A stretch of DNA of 64,000 nt from Felis catus (Eukaryota), in assembly GCF_018350175.1 (NCBI RefSeq), contig NC_058373.1, positions 105,836,001 to 105,900,000 of the forward strand, written 5' to 3'. Positions 39,070 to 50,379 of the stretch are shown piece by piece (within the stretch, counting starts at the first letter, position 1; every line of letters begins with the position of its first letter). Under the pieces are notes generated by a model. It was not told where the DNA came from. It searched no databases and saw nothing but the letters and a program-made list of their open reading frames with translations. The position numbers and the translations under genes were made by a program.

Positions 39070-39741
39070 GAGACCATCCATTTTTTTTTAAAGAAGGACA
39101 TGCTGTTAACAGGGGAAATCAGACCATTGTAGATCACATTAAAGAATGAGGCCAAGGATCTACCAGTGACATAGATGTCACCTCTTCTGTGAACCTTTTC
39201 ACTACCTTCTACTTCAAGATAGAATTAAGCCTCCTGTGACCCTCTTCTGCATCTCATAAATCCTTATATTATTGTACATATGTCACCCTATTATTCATTC
39301 ATATATCGTCTCCCCTACTGGATTGGAAGCAATTTAAGAACAGAGACACTTTGCATGCATTTGTACTCTCCGTGTCCGCTCAGGCTTGACCCTATAGCTG
39401 CCTGATGAGCTAATTATATGTAACTAGAGAAAGACTCTGTGTCCTCCCAGAAATTGTTCCTGGCACAGGAACACTGTAAGCAAAAGTAAAGAATATGCAT
39501 GTATTATACTGACTAGAACTCTGATACCTAGGTAAAAGCAATTTCCAAAACAATGCCAAGTTTCCTGACAGAAGTTTAAATCAAATGTTCTTTGCTTTGA
39601 GACTCTATCTGAACCTCTTGCTTCCTTTGTCTAACTCTTGGTGATTGCTTAATGCTTTCCAGCTGTTTTTACTTCCAAGGTTTTAAGTTTTTCTTTCACT
39701 GGCCAAAAGGCACTGAGAAATTTATAAAGAAATAGGATTTT

Positions 39742-39942
39742 TTCTATTTTTTTAAAGTTCGTTTATTTATTTTGAGGGAGATAGATGGCATGAGTGGGAA
39801 AGGGCAGAGAGAGAATCCCAAACAGGCTCCATGCCGTGAGCACAGAGCCTGATGTGGGGCTTAAACTCACAAACCATGAGATCATGATCTGCTCTGAAAC
39901 CAAGAGTCAGACGCTCAACCGACTGAACCAACCAGGCACCCC
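39742..39942 (-). mobile_element. CAN-SINE
   Basis: TSD AAGAAATAG(G/T)ATTTT at 39727-39741 and 39943-39957. Confidence 0.93.
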
Positions 39943-39959
39943 AAGAAATAGTATTTTGA

Positions 39960-40184
39960 GGGGCGCCTGGGTGGCGCAGTCGGTTGAGCGTCGGACTTCA
40001 GCCAGGTCACGATCTCGCGGTCCGTGAGTTCGAGCCCTGCGTCAGGCTCTGGGCTGATGGCTCGGAGCCTGGAGCCTGTTTCCGATTCTGTGTCTCCCTC
40101 TCTCTCTGCCCCTCCCCCGTTCATGCTCTGTCTCTCTCTGTCCCAAAAATAAATAAAAACATTGAAAAAAAATTAAAAAAAAAA
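39960..40184 (+). mobile_element. Young cat-type CAN-SINE
   Basis: Perfect 17-bp TSD AAGAAATAGTATTTTGA (39943-39959, 40185-40201), CpG-rich. Confidence 0.97.
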
Positions 40185-40573
40185 AAGAAATAGTATTTTG
40201 AATAGAATTATTTCTTATATTACCTCCCAATTTTGTACCCCTATCACGATCCACCCCAAACAAAATCTGGCCTCTCTCCATTTATAGCTATGTGTGTATT
40301 CTATCACCTTAGATTCCAGTGTAATCCAGATTCCTCTTATATAACAGCTTGGCACATCCATCCATCCCAAGGCTTGGATGTAGTTTCTACTCTGCTTTCC
40401 TTTTATACATGCTAACATCACTGCTCAATCTATGAACTTGAATGGTCTATGAAAATGACACCAAAAGGTGCAGTCCCTCCATTTTTTATTAAGTTTTTTT
40501 ATTTTAATTCAAGTATAGTTAATATTCAGTATTATATTCATTTCAGGTCTACAACATAGTGATTCAACAATTC

Positions 40574-40780
40574 TAATGTTTATTTGTTTATTTTTGAGAG
40601 AGAGAGAGAGTGCATGAGCAGGGGAGGGACAGAAAGAGAGGGAGAGAGAGAACCCCAAGCAGGCTCCGAGCTGTCAGCACAGAGCCTGACACAGAAGCTT
40701 GAATCCACGAACTGTGAGATCATGACCTGATTTGAAATCAAGAGTCAGATGCTTAACCAACTGAGCCACCCAGGTGCCCC
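40574..40780 (-). mobile_element. CAN-SINE inside L1 3'UTR
   Basis: Head CTGAGCCACCCAGGTGCCCC, flanked by TTCAACA(A/G)TT. Confidence 0.92.
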
Positions 40781-41110
40781 ATGGTTCAACAGTTTTGTTA
40801 CTCACTGTTCATCATGATAAGTGCACTCTTAATCCCCTTCACCTATTTGACCCATTCCCCCTCCCCCCACCTTCCCTCTGGTAATCATCAGTTCTCTATA
40901 GTTAAGAGTCTGTTTTTTGGGTTGTCTCCTGCTATCTCTCTGTTTTTTCTTTTGTCCATTTGTTTCTTAAATTCCACATTTGAGTGAAATCATATAGTAT
41001 TTGTCTTTCTCTGACTGGCTTATTTCACTTAGCATAATACTCTGTAGATCCATTCCAGTTGTTGCAAATGGAAACATTTCATTCTCTTTATGGCTGAATA
41101 ATATTCCTCT

Positions 41111-41114
41111 GTGT

Positions 41115-41158
<44 letters not shown>
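41111..41158. repeat. (GT)n microsatellite
   Basis: Direct reading. Confidence 0.95.
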
Positions 41159-41160
<2 letters not shown>

Positions 41161-41288
41161 CAATTCTTCTTTATCCATTTATCTGTTGATGGACACTTGG
41201 ACTATTTCCATAATCTGAGTATTGTAAATAATGCTGCTATAAACATAAGAGTTCATGTATCCCTTTGAATTAGTGATTTTGTATTTGT

Positions 41289-41325
41289 ATTGTTTCTCAG
41301 CCTTTTGGCTAAGATCAAGTGTAGT
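41289..41325 (+). pseudogene. RNU2: 3'-truncated (tailless) U2 snRNA retropseudogene, nt 1-37
   Basis: ATTGTTTCTCAGCCTTTTGGCTAAGATCAAGTGTAGT matches U2 ATCGCTTCTCGGCCTTTTGGCTAAGATCAAGTGTAGT at 34 of 37 positions, with two CpG decays. 18-bp TSD TAGTGAT(T/A)TTGTATTTGT. Confidence 0.93.
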
Positions 41326-43334
41326 GATATTGTATTTGTTTGTTAAATACCCAGAAGTGTGATTGGATCATAGGTAGCTGTATTTTTAACTTTTTAAGGA
41401 ACCTCCATACTGTATTCCACAGTGGCTTTATCTGTTTATATGCTCATTAACAGTGCATGAGAGTTCCTTTTTCTCTACATCCTCACCAACACTTATTGTT
41501 TCTTGTGTTTTTTTTATTTTTAGCCATTCTGATAGGTATGAGGTGATAACCTCACTATTGTTCTGATTTGCATTTTCCTGATGATGAGTGGTGTTGAGCA
41601 TCTTCCCATTGTAGGTTGTCTTTTTGTTTTGTAGCTTGTTTCCTTTGCTGTGTAGAAGCTTTTTATTTTGATGTAGTCCCAATAGTTTATTTTTGCTTGT
41701 GTCTCCCTTATCTCAGGAGACATATCTAGAAAGATGTTGCTATGGCCAACGTCAGAGGAATTACTGCCTGTTCTCTTTTCTAGCATTTTTATGGTTTCAG
41801 GTCTTAAAGTTAGGTCTTTAATCCATTTTGAGTTTGTTTTTGTGCATAGCATAAGAAAGTGGTCCAGTTTCGTTCTTGTGTGTGTGATGTAACAAAGCTG
41901 TCCAATTTTTCCAACACCATTTGTTGAAGAGACTTTTTTCCCATTGCATATTCTTGCCTCCTTTGTCAAAGATTAATTAACCATATTAATTGTGGGTTTA
42001 TGTATGGGCTCTCTATTCTGTTCCATTGATCTATGTCTCTATTTTTATGTCAGTACCACACTGAAATTTTTTTTTATTACTACAGCTTTGTAATATAAAT
42101 TGAAGCCTGGAATTGTGATACCTCTAGTTTTGTTTTTCTTTTTCAAGATGGTTTGGCTATTTGGGGTCTTTCGTGGCTCCATATAAATTTTAGGATTGTT
42201 TGTTCTAGTTCTGTAATAAATGCTGTTGGTATTTTGATAGGGATTTCATTAAATGTGTAAATTTCTTTGTGTGGTATAAACATTTTAACAATATTTGTTC
42301 TTCTAATCCATTATCACTATTAGCATAGATGTCTTTCCATTTCTTGTGTCATCCTCAATTTCTTTTGACAATGTTTTATATTTTTATAGTATAAGTCTTT
42401 ATCTCCTTGGTTAAGTTTATTTCTGGATATTTTTATTATTTTTGATGCAATTATAAATGGTATTCTTTTCTTAATTTTTCTTTGTACTGCTTCATTATTG
42501 GTATATAGAAATTTAACAGATTTCTGTACGTTGATTTTGTATCCTATGACTTTACTGAAATCATTTATCAGGTCTAGTAGTTTTTTGGTGGAGTCTTGAG
42601 AGTTTTCTATAGATTATATCATGTCATCTGCAAAAAGTGAAAGATTTACTCCTTCCGACCAATTTGGGTCCCTTTTATTTCTTTTTCTTGTCTGATTGCT
42701 ATGGCTAGTACTTGCAGTACTATGTTAAATAAAAGTGGTGAGAGTGAAGATCCTAGTCTTCTTCCTGAGCTTATAGGAAATGCTCTCAGTTTTTCCACAT
42801 TGACTATGATGTTAGCTGTGGGTTTTTTATATGTGGCCTTTGTTATGTTGAGGTATGTTCCCCCTAAACCTACTTTGGGGAAGGTTTTTATCATGAATGG
42901 ATGTTGTTCTTTGCCAACTGTTTTTCTGCATCTATTGAAATGATATGATTTTTATCCTTTCTCTTATTGATGTGACATATCACACTGATTCATTTACAAA
43001 TATTGAACTACCCCTGTATCCCAGGAATAAATCCTACTTGATCATAGTGAATAATTTTTTAATGTGTTGCTGGATTTGGTTTGCTAGTATTTTTTTGAGA
43101 ATTTTTGCATCTATGTTCATCAGAGATAAAGGCCTGTGGTTCTTTTTTTGTGTGTTGTCTTTGGTTTTGGTATCAGGGTAATGCTAGCCTCATAGAATGA
43201 ATTTGCAAGTTTTCCTTCTTCTTCTATTTTTGGAATAGTTTGAAAACAGTAGGTATTAACTTTTCTTTAAACGTTTGGTAGAATTTGCCTGTAAAGCTGT
43301 CTGGTCCTGGAGTTTTGTTTGTTGGGAGGTTTTT

Positions 43335-43568
43335 TGTTTTGTTTTTTTTTTAATTTTTTTTTCAACGTTTTTTATTTATTTTTGGGACAGAGAGAGACAG
43401 AGCATGAATGGGGAAGGGGCAGAGAGAGAGGGAGACACAGAATCGGAAACAGGCTCCAGGCTCTGAGCCATCAGTCCAGAGCCTGACGCGGGGCTTGAAC
43501 TCACGGACCGCGAGATCGTGACCTGGCTGAAGTCGGACGCTTAACCGACTGCGCCACCCAGGCGCCCC
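43335..43568 (-). mobile_element. Young cat-type CAN-SINE inside L1 ORF2
   Basis: Near-identical to the 61876 copy. TSD TGTTGGGAG(G)TTTTT. Confidence 0.96.
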
Positions 43569-44289
43569 TGTTGGGAGTTTTTGAAATTACATATTCAATT
43601 TTATTGCTAGTAATTGGTCTGTTCAAATTTTCTATTTCTTCCTGCTTCAGTTTTGGTAGGTTATATGTTCCTAGGAATTCATTCATTTCTTCTACCTTAT
43701 CCAATTTGTTGGCATATAGTTTTTCATAATATTCTCTTACAATTTCTTTGTGTCAGGTGTTATTTCTCCTCTTTCATTTGTGATTTTGTTTGAGTCCTCT
43801 CCCCCCCCCCCACCCCGCCACCTCATTCTCTGTCTCTCTCATGAGTTTAGCTAGAGATATATCGATTTTGTTGATCTTTTCAAAGAACCAGCTCCTGGTT
43901 CATTGATCTGCACTATTGTTTTTTAGTTTCTATTCTGTTTATTTATGCTCTAATCTTCATTATTTCCTTCCTTCGGCTGGTGTTGGGTGTTGTTTGTTCT
44001 TTTTCTAGCTCCTTTAAGTGTAAGGTTAGGTTGTTTATTTGAGATTTTTCTTGCTTCTGAAACTATTGCTGTAAACTTCCCTTTTAGAACCTTTTGCAGT
44101 CCATACATTTTTACATGGAAAAGCTTCTTGAAGAAATGGCCTAAGAATGACTCTGTTCATATCCCAATTGCCCAATAGAAAGCATTTCTTTTCCATGATA
44201 ATATTTCTAGCTATCCTGGTAAAATCGTGTTCTTTTTCTGTATTCTTTGCCCGAGATGTTTAGCCAGATATCCCTGCCTATAGAAAAAA

Positions 44290-44374
44290 AGCAGAGGACT
44301 AGAAGTCATGAGTCTAAGTTTCCAGACCCAGCTTGGAACTAGCTCTGTGATCTTGGTCAAGTCACCTACTTCTT
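44290..44374 (+). mobile_element. MIR 5' fragment
   Basis: ACTAGCTCTGTGATCTTGGTCAAGTCACCT core. Confidence 0.6.
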
Positions 44375-44389
44375 TCTGTTGTCATTGTT

Positions 44390-44614
44390 TTGTTTTTGTT
44401 TTTGTTTTTTAATTTTTTTAACATTTATTCATTTTTGAGAGGCAGAGTACAAGCGGGGGAGAGGCAGAGAGAGAGGGAGACACAGAATCCGAAGCAGGCT
44501 CCTGGCTCTGAGCTGTCAGCACAGAGCCTGATGCAGAGCTCGAACCCACAAACCATGAGATCATGACCTGAGATGAAGTTGGACACTCAACCAACTGAGC
44601 CACCCAGGTGCCCC
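44390..44614 (-). mobile_element. CAN-SINE
   Basis: TSD TCTGTTGTCATTGTT on both sides. Confidence 0.95.
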
Positions 44615-44716
44615 TCTGTTGTCATTGTTGATTTCACCAGACAAGCACTTGGGCTATTAAAAAAAAAAGTAAAATGTACAAAACTTGTGGTAAAGGTCAA
44701 GAGCTGTGAAGGGTCA

Positions 44717-44915
44717 GGGCACCTGGCTGGCTCAACGGTTAAGCATCCGACTCTTGATTTTGGCTCAGATCGTGATTTCATGTTTCATGAAATTGAGCCT
44801 TGCATCAAGCTCCATGCTGGCAGTGCAGGGCCTGCTTGGTATTCTCTCTCTCCCTCTCTTTTTGCCCCTATCCCCCTCTCAAAATAAATAAATAAACTTT
44901 AAAAATATATTTTTT
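44717..44915 (+). mobile_element. CAN-SINE (older)
   Basis: GGGCACCTGGCTGGCTCAACGGTTAAGC head and (AAAT)n tail. Confidence 0.9.
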
Positions 44916-44929
44916 AAGAGAATTGTGAC

Positions 44930-45405
44930 GTGTTGAAAGACATTACCATACTTGAAATCCAATGAGTTAGCCTGCCACAATTTCATGAATACTGGCAAAA
45001 GGACGCACACAAACGCACACACACACACATACACACACACGAGACTTCTGGATCAGACACAAAGGACTTTATTATTATGACCTAGCAAGCAGCTTGAGCA
45101 TCAGGATATTTCTGTCACTTGTTCTTGCCCCCAAGTTGCATGGGTAAGACACAGATGGACCCAAAAGGAAGCCTGCACACAGTTGGTTGCATTTCAGGAC
45201 AGGAACTCTGAATATAGGGTACATGAATCTTTTATAATGAGCAATAAACATGCCTGACTTTGCTCCAGAATAGACACTCTATTTCCTAAAGCTGTTTGCT
45301 ATATAAATATCCTTGTAAATATAGTACAGAACAAAAAGCAATCAATGCCTTCCTCCTAAGACATGCAGAAATGGAAGAGACCCATGCAGAATTGTCCTCT
45401 AGAAT
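44930..45405 (-). mobile_element. ERVL-type LTR (MER54/MER74-group-like)
   Basis: Minus strand starts ...GACAATTCTGCATGGGTCTCTTCCATTTCTGCATGT, resembling the recalled start of that group. Minus-strand AATAAA near 45070. Confidence 0.55.
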
Positions 45406-45634
45406 TTGGCAACATTTGCATAAAGGAAGAATTATGCTTATCTATCATTTTATTGGGAAAACTATTTCCAGAAGACATACTTAGTTATGATCTCTCATTA
45501 GAATTCAAATTTAATGCAAATGATAGCATGCCTTTTCTATAAGCATATAGTAAAGCTTCCCTTTCTAGGAGCCCTATTCTCTCAAACACCAAATATTAGT
45601 ATTATATCTATTTAATGGGATTTCATGTTGAGAT

Positions 45635-45800
45635 ATTAGCATCTACCATTACCTGAGGCTCTAATATGGACCAGATACTGTGCTAGGTAGGTGCTTGACC
45701 TGTATTATCTCATTTCATCTTCAAAAAATACTGCAAGATATTTTACTTGAGTATTACTTTAATATTTAGAAACTGAGGCTAAGTAAGTAATCAAAATCTA
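45635..45800 (-). mobile_element. MIR
   Basis: CCAGATACTGTGCTAGG...TATTATCTCATTTCATCTTCA...GAAACTGAGGCT. Confidence 0.7.
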
Positions 45801-45959
45801 GGTACTTCTGCTTCCTCAAGCCATGTTTTTCCACAAACCTGTGGTGGCTTGGTAGCCAACCATTACCACATGGAAGTTGAAGTGGTCCAATGCCTGAAGC
45901 ACTGTCACTGACAATAAAAGTTTCAGTAAGTGCTGCCTGAGCATTAGTCCTTCTCACTA

Positions 45960-46385
45960 AGCCAGTTCTTCAGTTCTTAGTGTGTATGAGAAATATCTGG
46001 GGGAGCATGTGAAGTGGCAGTCTCTTGGGCTTCAACCCAAGATTCTCTGATTCAACTGATCTTTTTTGTGATCCAATAATCTCTATTTTAAAAGCATCTT
46101 TTTTTTAATGTTTATTTATTTTCAGAGAGAAAACGTGAGCAGGGGAGAAGCGGAGAGAGAGAGAGAGAGAGAGAGAATCCCAAGCAGGCTCTGCACCATC
46201 AAAGCAGAGCCCAATGTGTGACTCAATCTCACCGAACTATGAGGTCATAACCTGAGCCAAAATCAAGAGTTGGATGCTTAACCTGAGCCACCCAGCACCC
46301 CCCCACCAATAATCTCTATTTTAAACAAACTCCTCAAAATGTTTTAACGCAGGTGGCCCTTGAACTTCATCTTAGAAACACTGTG
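45960..46385. mobile_element. hAT-Charlie MITE (MER5-like) interrupted by a SINE
   Basis: ATCTGGGGAGCATGTGAA...GATTCTCTGATTCAAC...ATTTTAAACAAACTCCTCA...AGAAACACTG. Confidence 0.55.
46098..46300 (-). mobile_element. CAN-SINE
   Basis: TSD CCAATAATCTCTATTTTAAA on both sides. Confidence 0.92.
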
Positions 46386-46672
46386 ACCCCAAGCTATAAA
46401 GAGAATGATATAAGACAAGGTTGCCACTCTAGAACAGATGACAGATTTCTTTTATGAATATGAGAGTGCTGATGAGTTTGGAGAGTCACTAAGAAGCTAA
46501 TCAGAAAGGAAAACACCAATCAATCAATCAATTAATTAGAAACACATTATTATCAACTAGATACAGGATTTGGCTATGAAAAAAATACAGGTAAAGATAA
46601 TGTGCAAAATATGTAACTACAGAAGTGATCAGGCTAGTTATTTCATGATCTAAATTAAGGATTCTAGATCCT

Positions 46673-46865
46673 GGGGCAGCTGGGTGGCTCAGTTGGTAGC
46701 GTCCAACTCTTGGTTTCGGCTCAGGTCATGATCTCACAGTTTGTGGGTCCAAGTCTCACATCAGGTTCTGTGCTGACAGTGCAGAGCCTGCTTGGGATTC
46801 TCTCTCTCTCTCTCTCTCTCTCTCCTCCCTCAAAATAAATAAACAAATAAACTTTTTAAAAAAAT
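46673..46865 (+). mobile_element. CAN-SINE
   Basis: TSD GGATT(C/A)TAGATCCTG. Confidence 0.93.
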
Positions 46866-47381
46866 GGATTATAGATCCTGAGTCTGTTCATAAGGAAAAT
46901 TTATTTCTCACTTCCCAAAGGTTTTATGAGAAATAGTGAAGATTGCCAAACAGAAATATTGTGAAATTTGCAGCCTCTCTGAGACTCAGCAAAATGGAAA
47001 AAGTAAAATCAGCTTCTTAGAGTTGTTATAAAGAGTAAAATTATTTTTCCAATGCCTAGCATAATGTCTCTACTAAAGTTTCATATAGTTTTCGAGTTTG
47101 TCTCTAATACAGCTGAATAAAATCAGTGATATTTAATGATTTTGTGTATTTTATAAATATAATAGATCTAATTCTAGAGAAATGAGACATGTATTATATT
47201 TTAAATGAAGGGTATAGATAATAAGAAAAAGTAAAGGTTGCAATGTATTTTAGGTTGGTATTTAAAGGTTACTTGTTGTTCTGTGTCTGAAAGTTGCAAT
47301 ATATAGTCTATTTGCATTTGCTTTTTCATTTTTGCTGTTCAAATCCAGTCTTCAATACAGTGAGCTGAACGATTCCTTTCA

Positions 47382-47394
47382 TGCCCTCTACTGG
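47382..47394 (-). promoter_or_regulatory. CTCF core motif (reverse orientation)
   Basis: Minus strand CCAGTAGAGGGCA matches the CCASYAGRKGGCR core exactly. Motif match only. Confidence 0.5.
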
Positions 47395-47484
47395 ATATTT
47401 GAAGTTAAACGTCAATAACACAGCCGAGTAACCAAAATAATAATACACATGATCTTCAAAACCTTCTTTTCTGGCTTTTGAATT

Positions 47485-47702
47485 TATTTATTTTAATTTT
47501 TTAAGTTCGTTTTTTTTGGGAGAGAGAGAGAGCGCGAGCAAGCACAAGCAGGGGAGGGGCAGAGCAAAGGAGAGATGGAATCCCAAGCAGGCTCTGCCCC
47601 ATCAGCACGGATGCCCGGATGCCCGATGCAGGGCTCAAACCCACAAACCTTGAGATCATGACCTCAGCTGAGATCAAGAGTCAGCTATGGCCCCCAGGCA
47701 CT
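47485..47702 (-). mobile_element. CAN-SINE with partly deleted head and a small internal tandem duplication
   Basis: TSD GCTTTTGAATTTA and internal CGGATGCCCGGATGCCCGATGC. Confidence 0.9.
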
Positions 47703-48589
47703 CTACAGCTTTTGAATTTAAAATTCAGCTCTGATGGTTCACTGGTGTAAGAATTCCTTTTTCTGTGCCTGAGATGTAAATTTCAGAGTCAGCCCTTCCT
47801 ATTGTGTGGAAATTATTGGGGAAGGGAGTGAGTAGATGTGGTTTGTATCACTGCCACCTTTGAGGAGTCTCTAAAGGGTACTGTGCTGCCGTGATATTTA
47901 AGAAGGCTCTATTTAATTACATCCTGGTTTAGTAGTAATATCTCCCAGCCCATGAAACTTGTATTAGAAGGGCAGCGTGGTAAAGCCAGCCTATTACTAA
48001 AGAACTTCTCCCTAACAGCTGTTCATCGCACATATAAAATCTATCAGGAGGAAGGTAAAGGAGTACTCTACTCGGTCATCTGGCTGCCTTTGGCCATTCC
48101 TACAGAGTATGCCTGGGGTGTGTCTGGGAAGGTTTCCTTCCCACCCCAATTCAGCTGGTCCACCCTTTCCCAGGGCTGATTTTAACTCAGCAGAGCCACA
48201 CCAGTTATTAAATATTGAAATGTTTTTATAGTGGTCGGTCTGCACCCACTGCCCTTGTCTACTGCATGCTTCTCACCACATTTTGACCTCTGGGGCCTCC
48301 TCCGGGACTCCCTGGACTTCCCCACAATCAAGCAATTAAAAGGTTACGGGCTGGTCTACTTGCTTCACGAAATTGCCTGACCCAGTCCACCCAGCCCCTT
48401 AGATCCCTCTGGCCCTGTGAAGGTTGTATGGATACAGTGCTGTCCGAATTAACCATGACCTTCAAACTTCACTCCCATAGTGTCCCTGCATAGCTGCAAT
48501 TCAGCAACGCCAAAGAAGAAAGGAGAGCCTCCAGTTCCCAGCTATGTTTTTCTCTCTGCCTAGCAGTAATAGGTAAGATTTAGGAAGCG

Positions 48590-48745
48590 CTTCTGTGCCA
48601 GACACATATGCATTATTTCAACCACTCTTTACCACAGCCTTACTTTACAGTTGAGTAAACCAGAAACAGCCAGTAACTTGCATGAGAGCCCACAGCTAGT
48701 GCATGGGAAAGCTAGAATTTGAAGCAGATCTGACCAATACCAAAA
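48590..48745 (-). mobile_element. MIR
   Basis: TTTACAGTTGAGTAAACCAG...GTAACTTGC...CACAGCTAGT...AGAATTTGAAGCAGATCTGAC. Confidence 0.65.
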
Positions 48746-50379
48746 CCAGGTGTCAGGTGAAATTCACCAATGTTGCAAACCCAAGACAGTCCAAAGAATA
48801 TGCAGCAGGCTCTGAAGAAACTTCCAGCAAAGGAATTCCACAAATAATTTTACACGGAGGCAGGATCACTAGGATGATTATAGAGTCACCCAGCCGGGGG
48901 TAGGGAGCATCACCCTGGGAGATGGACAGTCTCCTGCATTTTGTCACCAGATGGTCTCGGTTAGTCTCAGCAGCACCCTCTGCTCCCAAGAGGGCAAGGG
49001 AACTGAATTTCAGAATACCCGTGATGCAGTTCCCATAGAAACAAAATGGAAAGAGGTCCCAGACTTCTGTTTTAATGTCGAATATTAAAGAAACTTAAAA
49101 AACAAAGTACAGTCATAACTCTAATAATAATATAAAGCAAACAGGTAACAAACTTTCCATTTAACTCATTAACTAAATGAGGAAATTAGTAAAATGAGGA
49201 CCTCAAATAACTCAACAGGAAACCCAGTTAAATGGACATAACACATTGCTTGGTGGTCAAGAAAGAGAATAAGGCTTTATTAACAAGTAGTTCAGAGGAG
49301 AAGCCAAAAAGCAGAGACGTTGATAAATCAGGAACACTGAAATGAATTTGCAAATGGAAACAAAACTCGTGCTTCTGGGGAGGGAAGTGGGAAGAAAGTC
49401 AACCCTCCACTGGACAGAATTTATCTGTATGTCTCTTGACATATTTGCATTGCTCTCTGTTATCTACAAGCTGCCTTTCTCCCTCCAGAATTACAAGATA
49501 GCCTAGTCAAAGACAAAGGTGCATATTACTGTAGGCGGATAATTCCCCAGTCATTATAACATTCCCTTGAAAAGATACTGATCTTGTTTGCTATTTCAGT
49601 GTCTTCAGTGTTTCCTTACATGGATCAAGTGGAAGAAAAAGGAATCGGATTGGTCCGTGAGCACTGTTTGGCCTGGGGAATAGGTAAGAAAAATCAGGAA
49701 AATTCACCATCTACTCTTCAGCACCAGTCCCTCAGAGTATTTCAGAAATGGGTTATAAAAGCAAAGACATTTTCACATGCATTCATTCATGCGATCAATT
49801 CTTATTGACACATACTATATGCCCCAGCTCTAGGAAAGCCACGAGTCCACATGAGTTTCCAGAAAACTACTCAGCAACTGTAAATGGAAACATTTAACTG
49901 CAAGTAAGATGAGCTACAAGTCTGAAAACACACTGTGGAAAATCCTGTTTACCTGTTCACCTCTTAGGCAGGCTGTCTGGCCAGCTTGCTCATCCATTTT
50001 TTTCCACGACTGATACAACTTATCTGTGAATTTTTACCATACGCTTCCTGCATCCACTCTTTCATCCCCAACCCTAATTCCAGAACATTCTTGGTCATGG
50101 TAAATGTCTATTAGAATATCTCCAGTAAAGTAGTAGTTCTTAAAGCCAATATCCTAGTGGGCTTGGGGTAAGATTTTAATATCAAATCATAGCCCTCTCC
50201 AAAAAGAGAACAAGTAAAGGGAATTAGAGGCCTTTATATTTAGCCATCTTAACTAAGATATTATTTAGATTTGATTTAAAGGCTGCAAAACTTCAAATCA
50301 GATCTGTATTGATCAACACACCAGGTATGGATGGGCAGGAGTGCCATTGAAGGGCTGGAAGAAAGGTGACATGTATCTA

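Larger units (their letters stand above)
40487..44094 (-). mobile_element. 5'-truncated carnivore LINE-1 (same 3'UTR type as the outer L1) carrying two SINEs and a U2 fragment
   Basis: TSD TGCAGTCC(C/A)T(C/A)CATTTTT at 40469-40486 and 44095-44112. ORF2 remnants ([44 protein letters not shown]). Confidence 0.92.

Noticed and set aside
48755..49300. Possible old DNA-transposon relic
   Set aside because: I could not identify terminal repeats or a family with any confidence.
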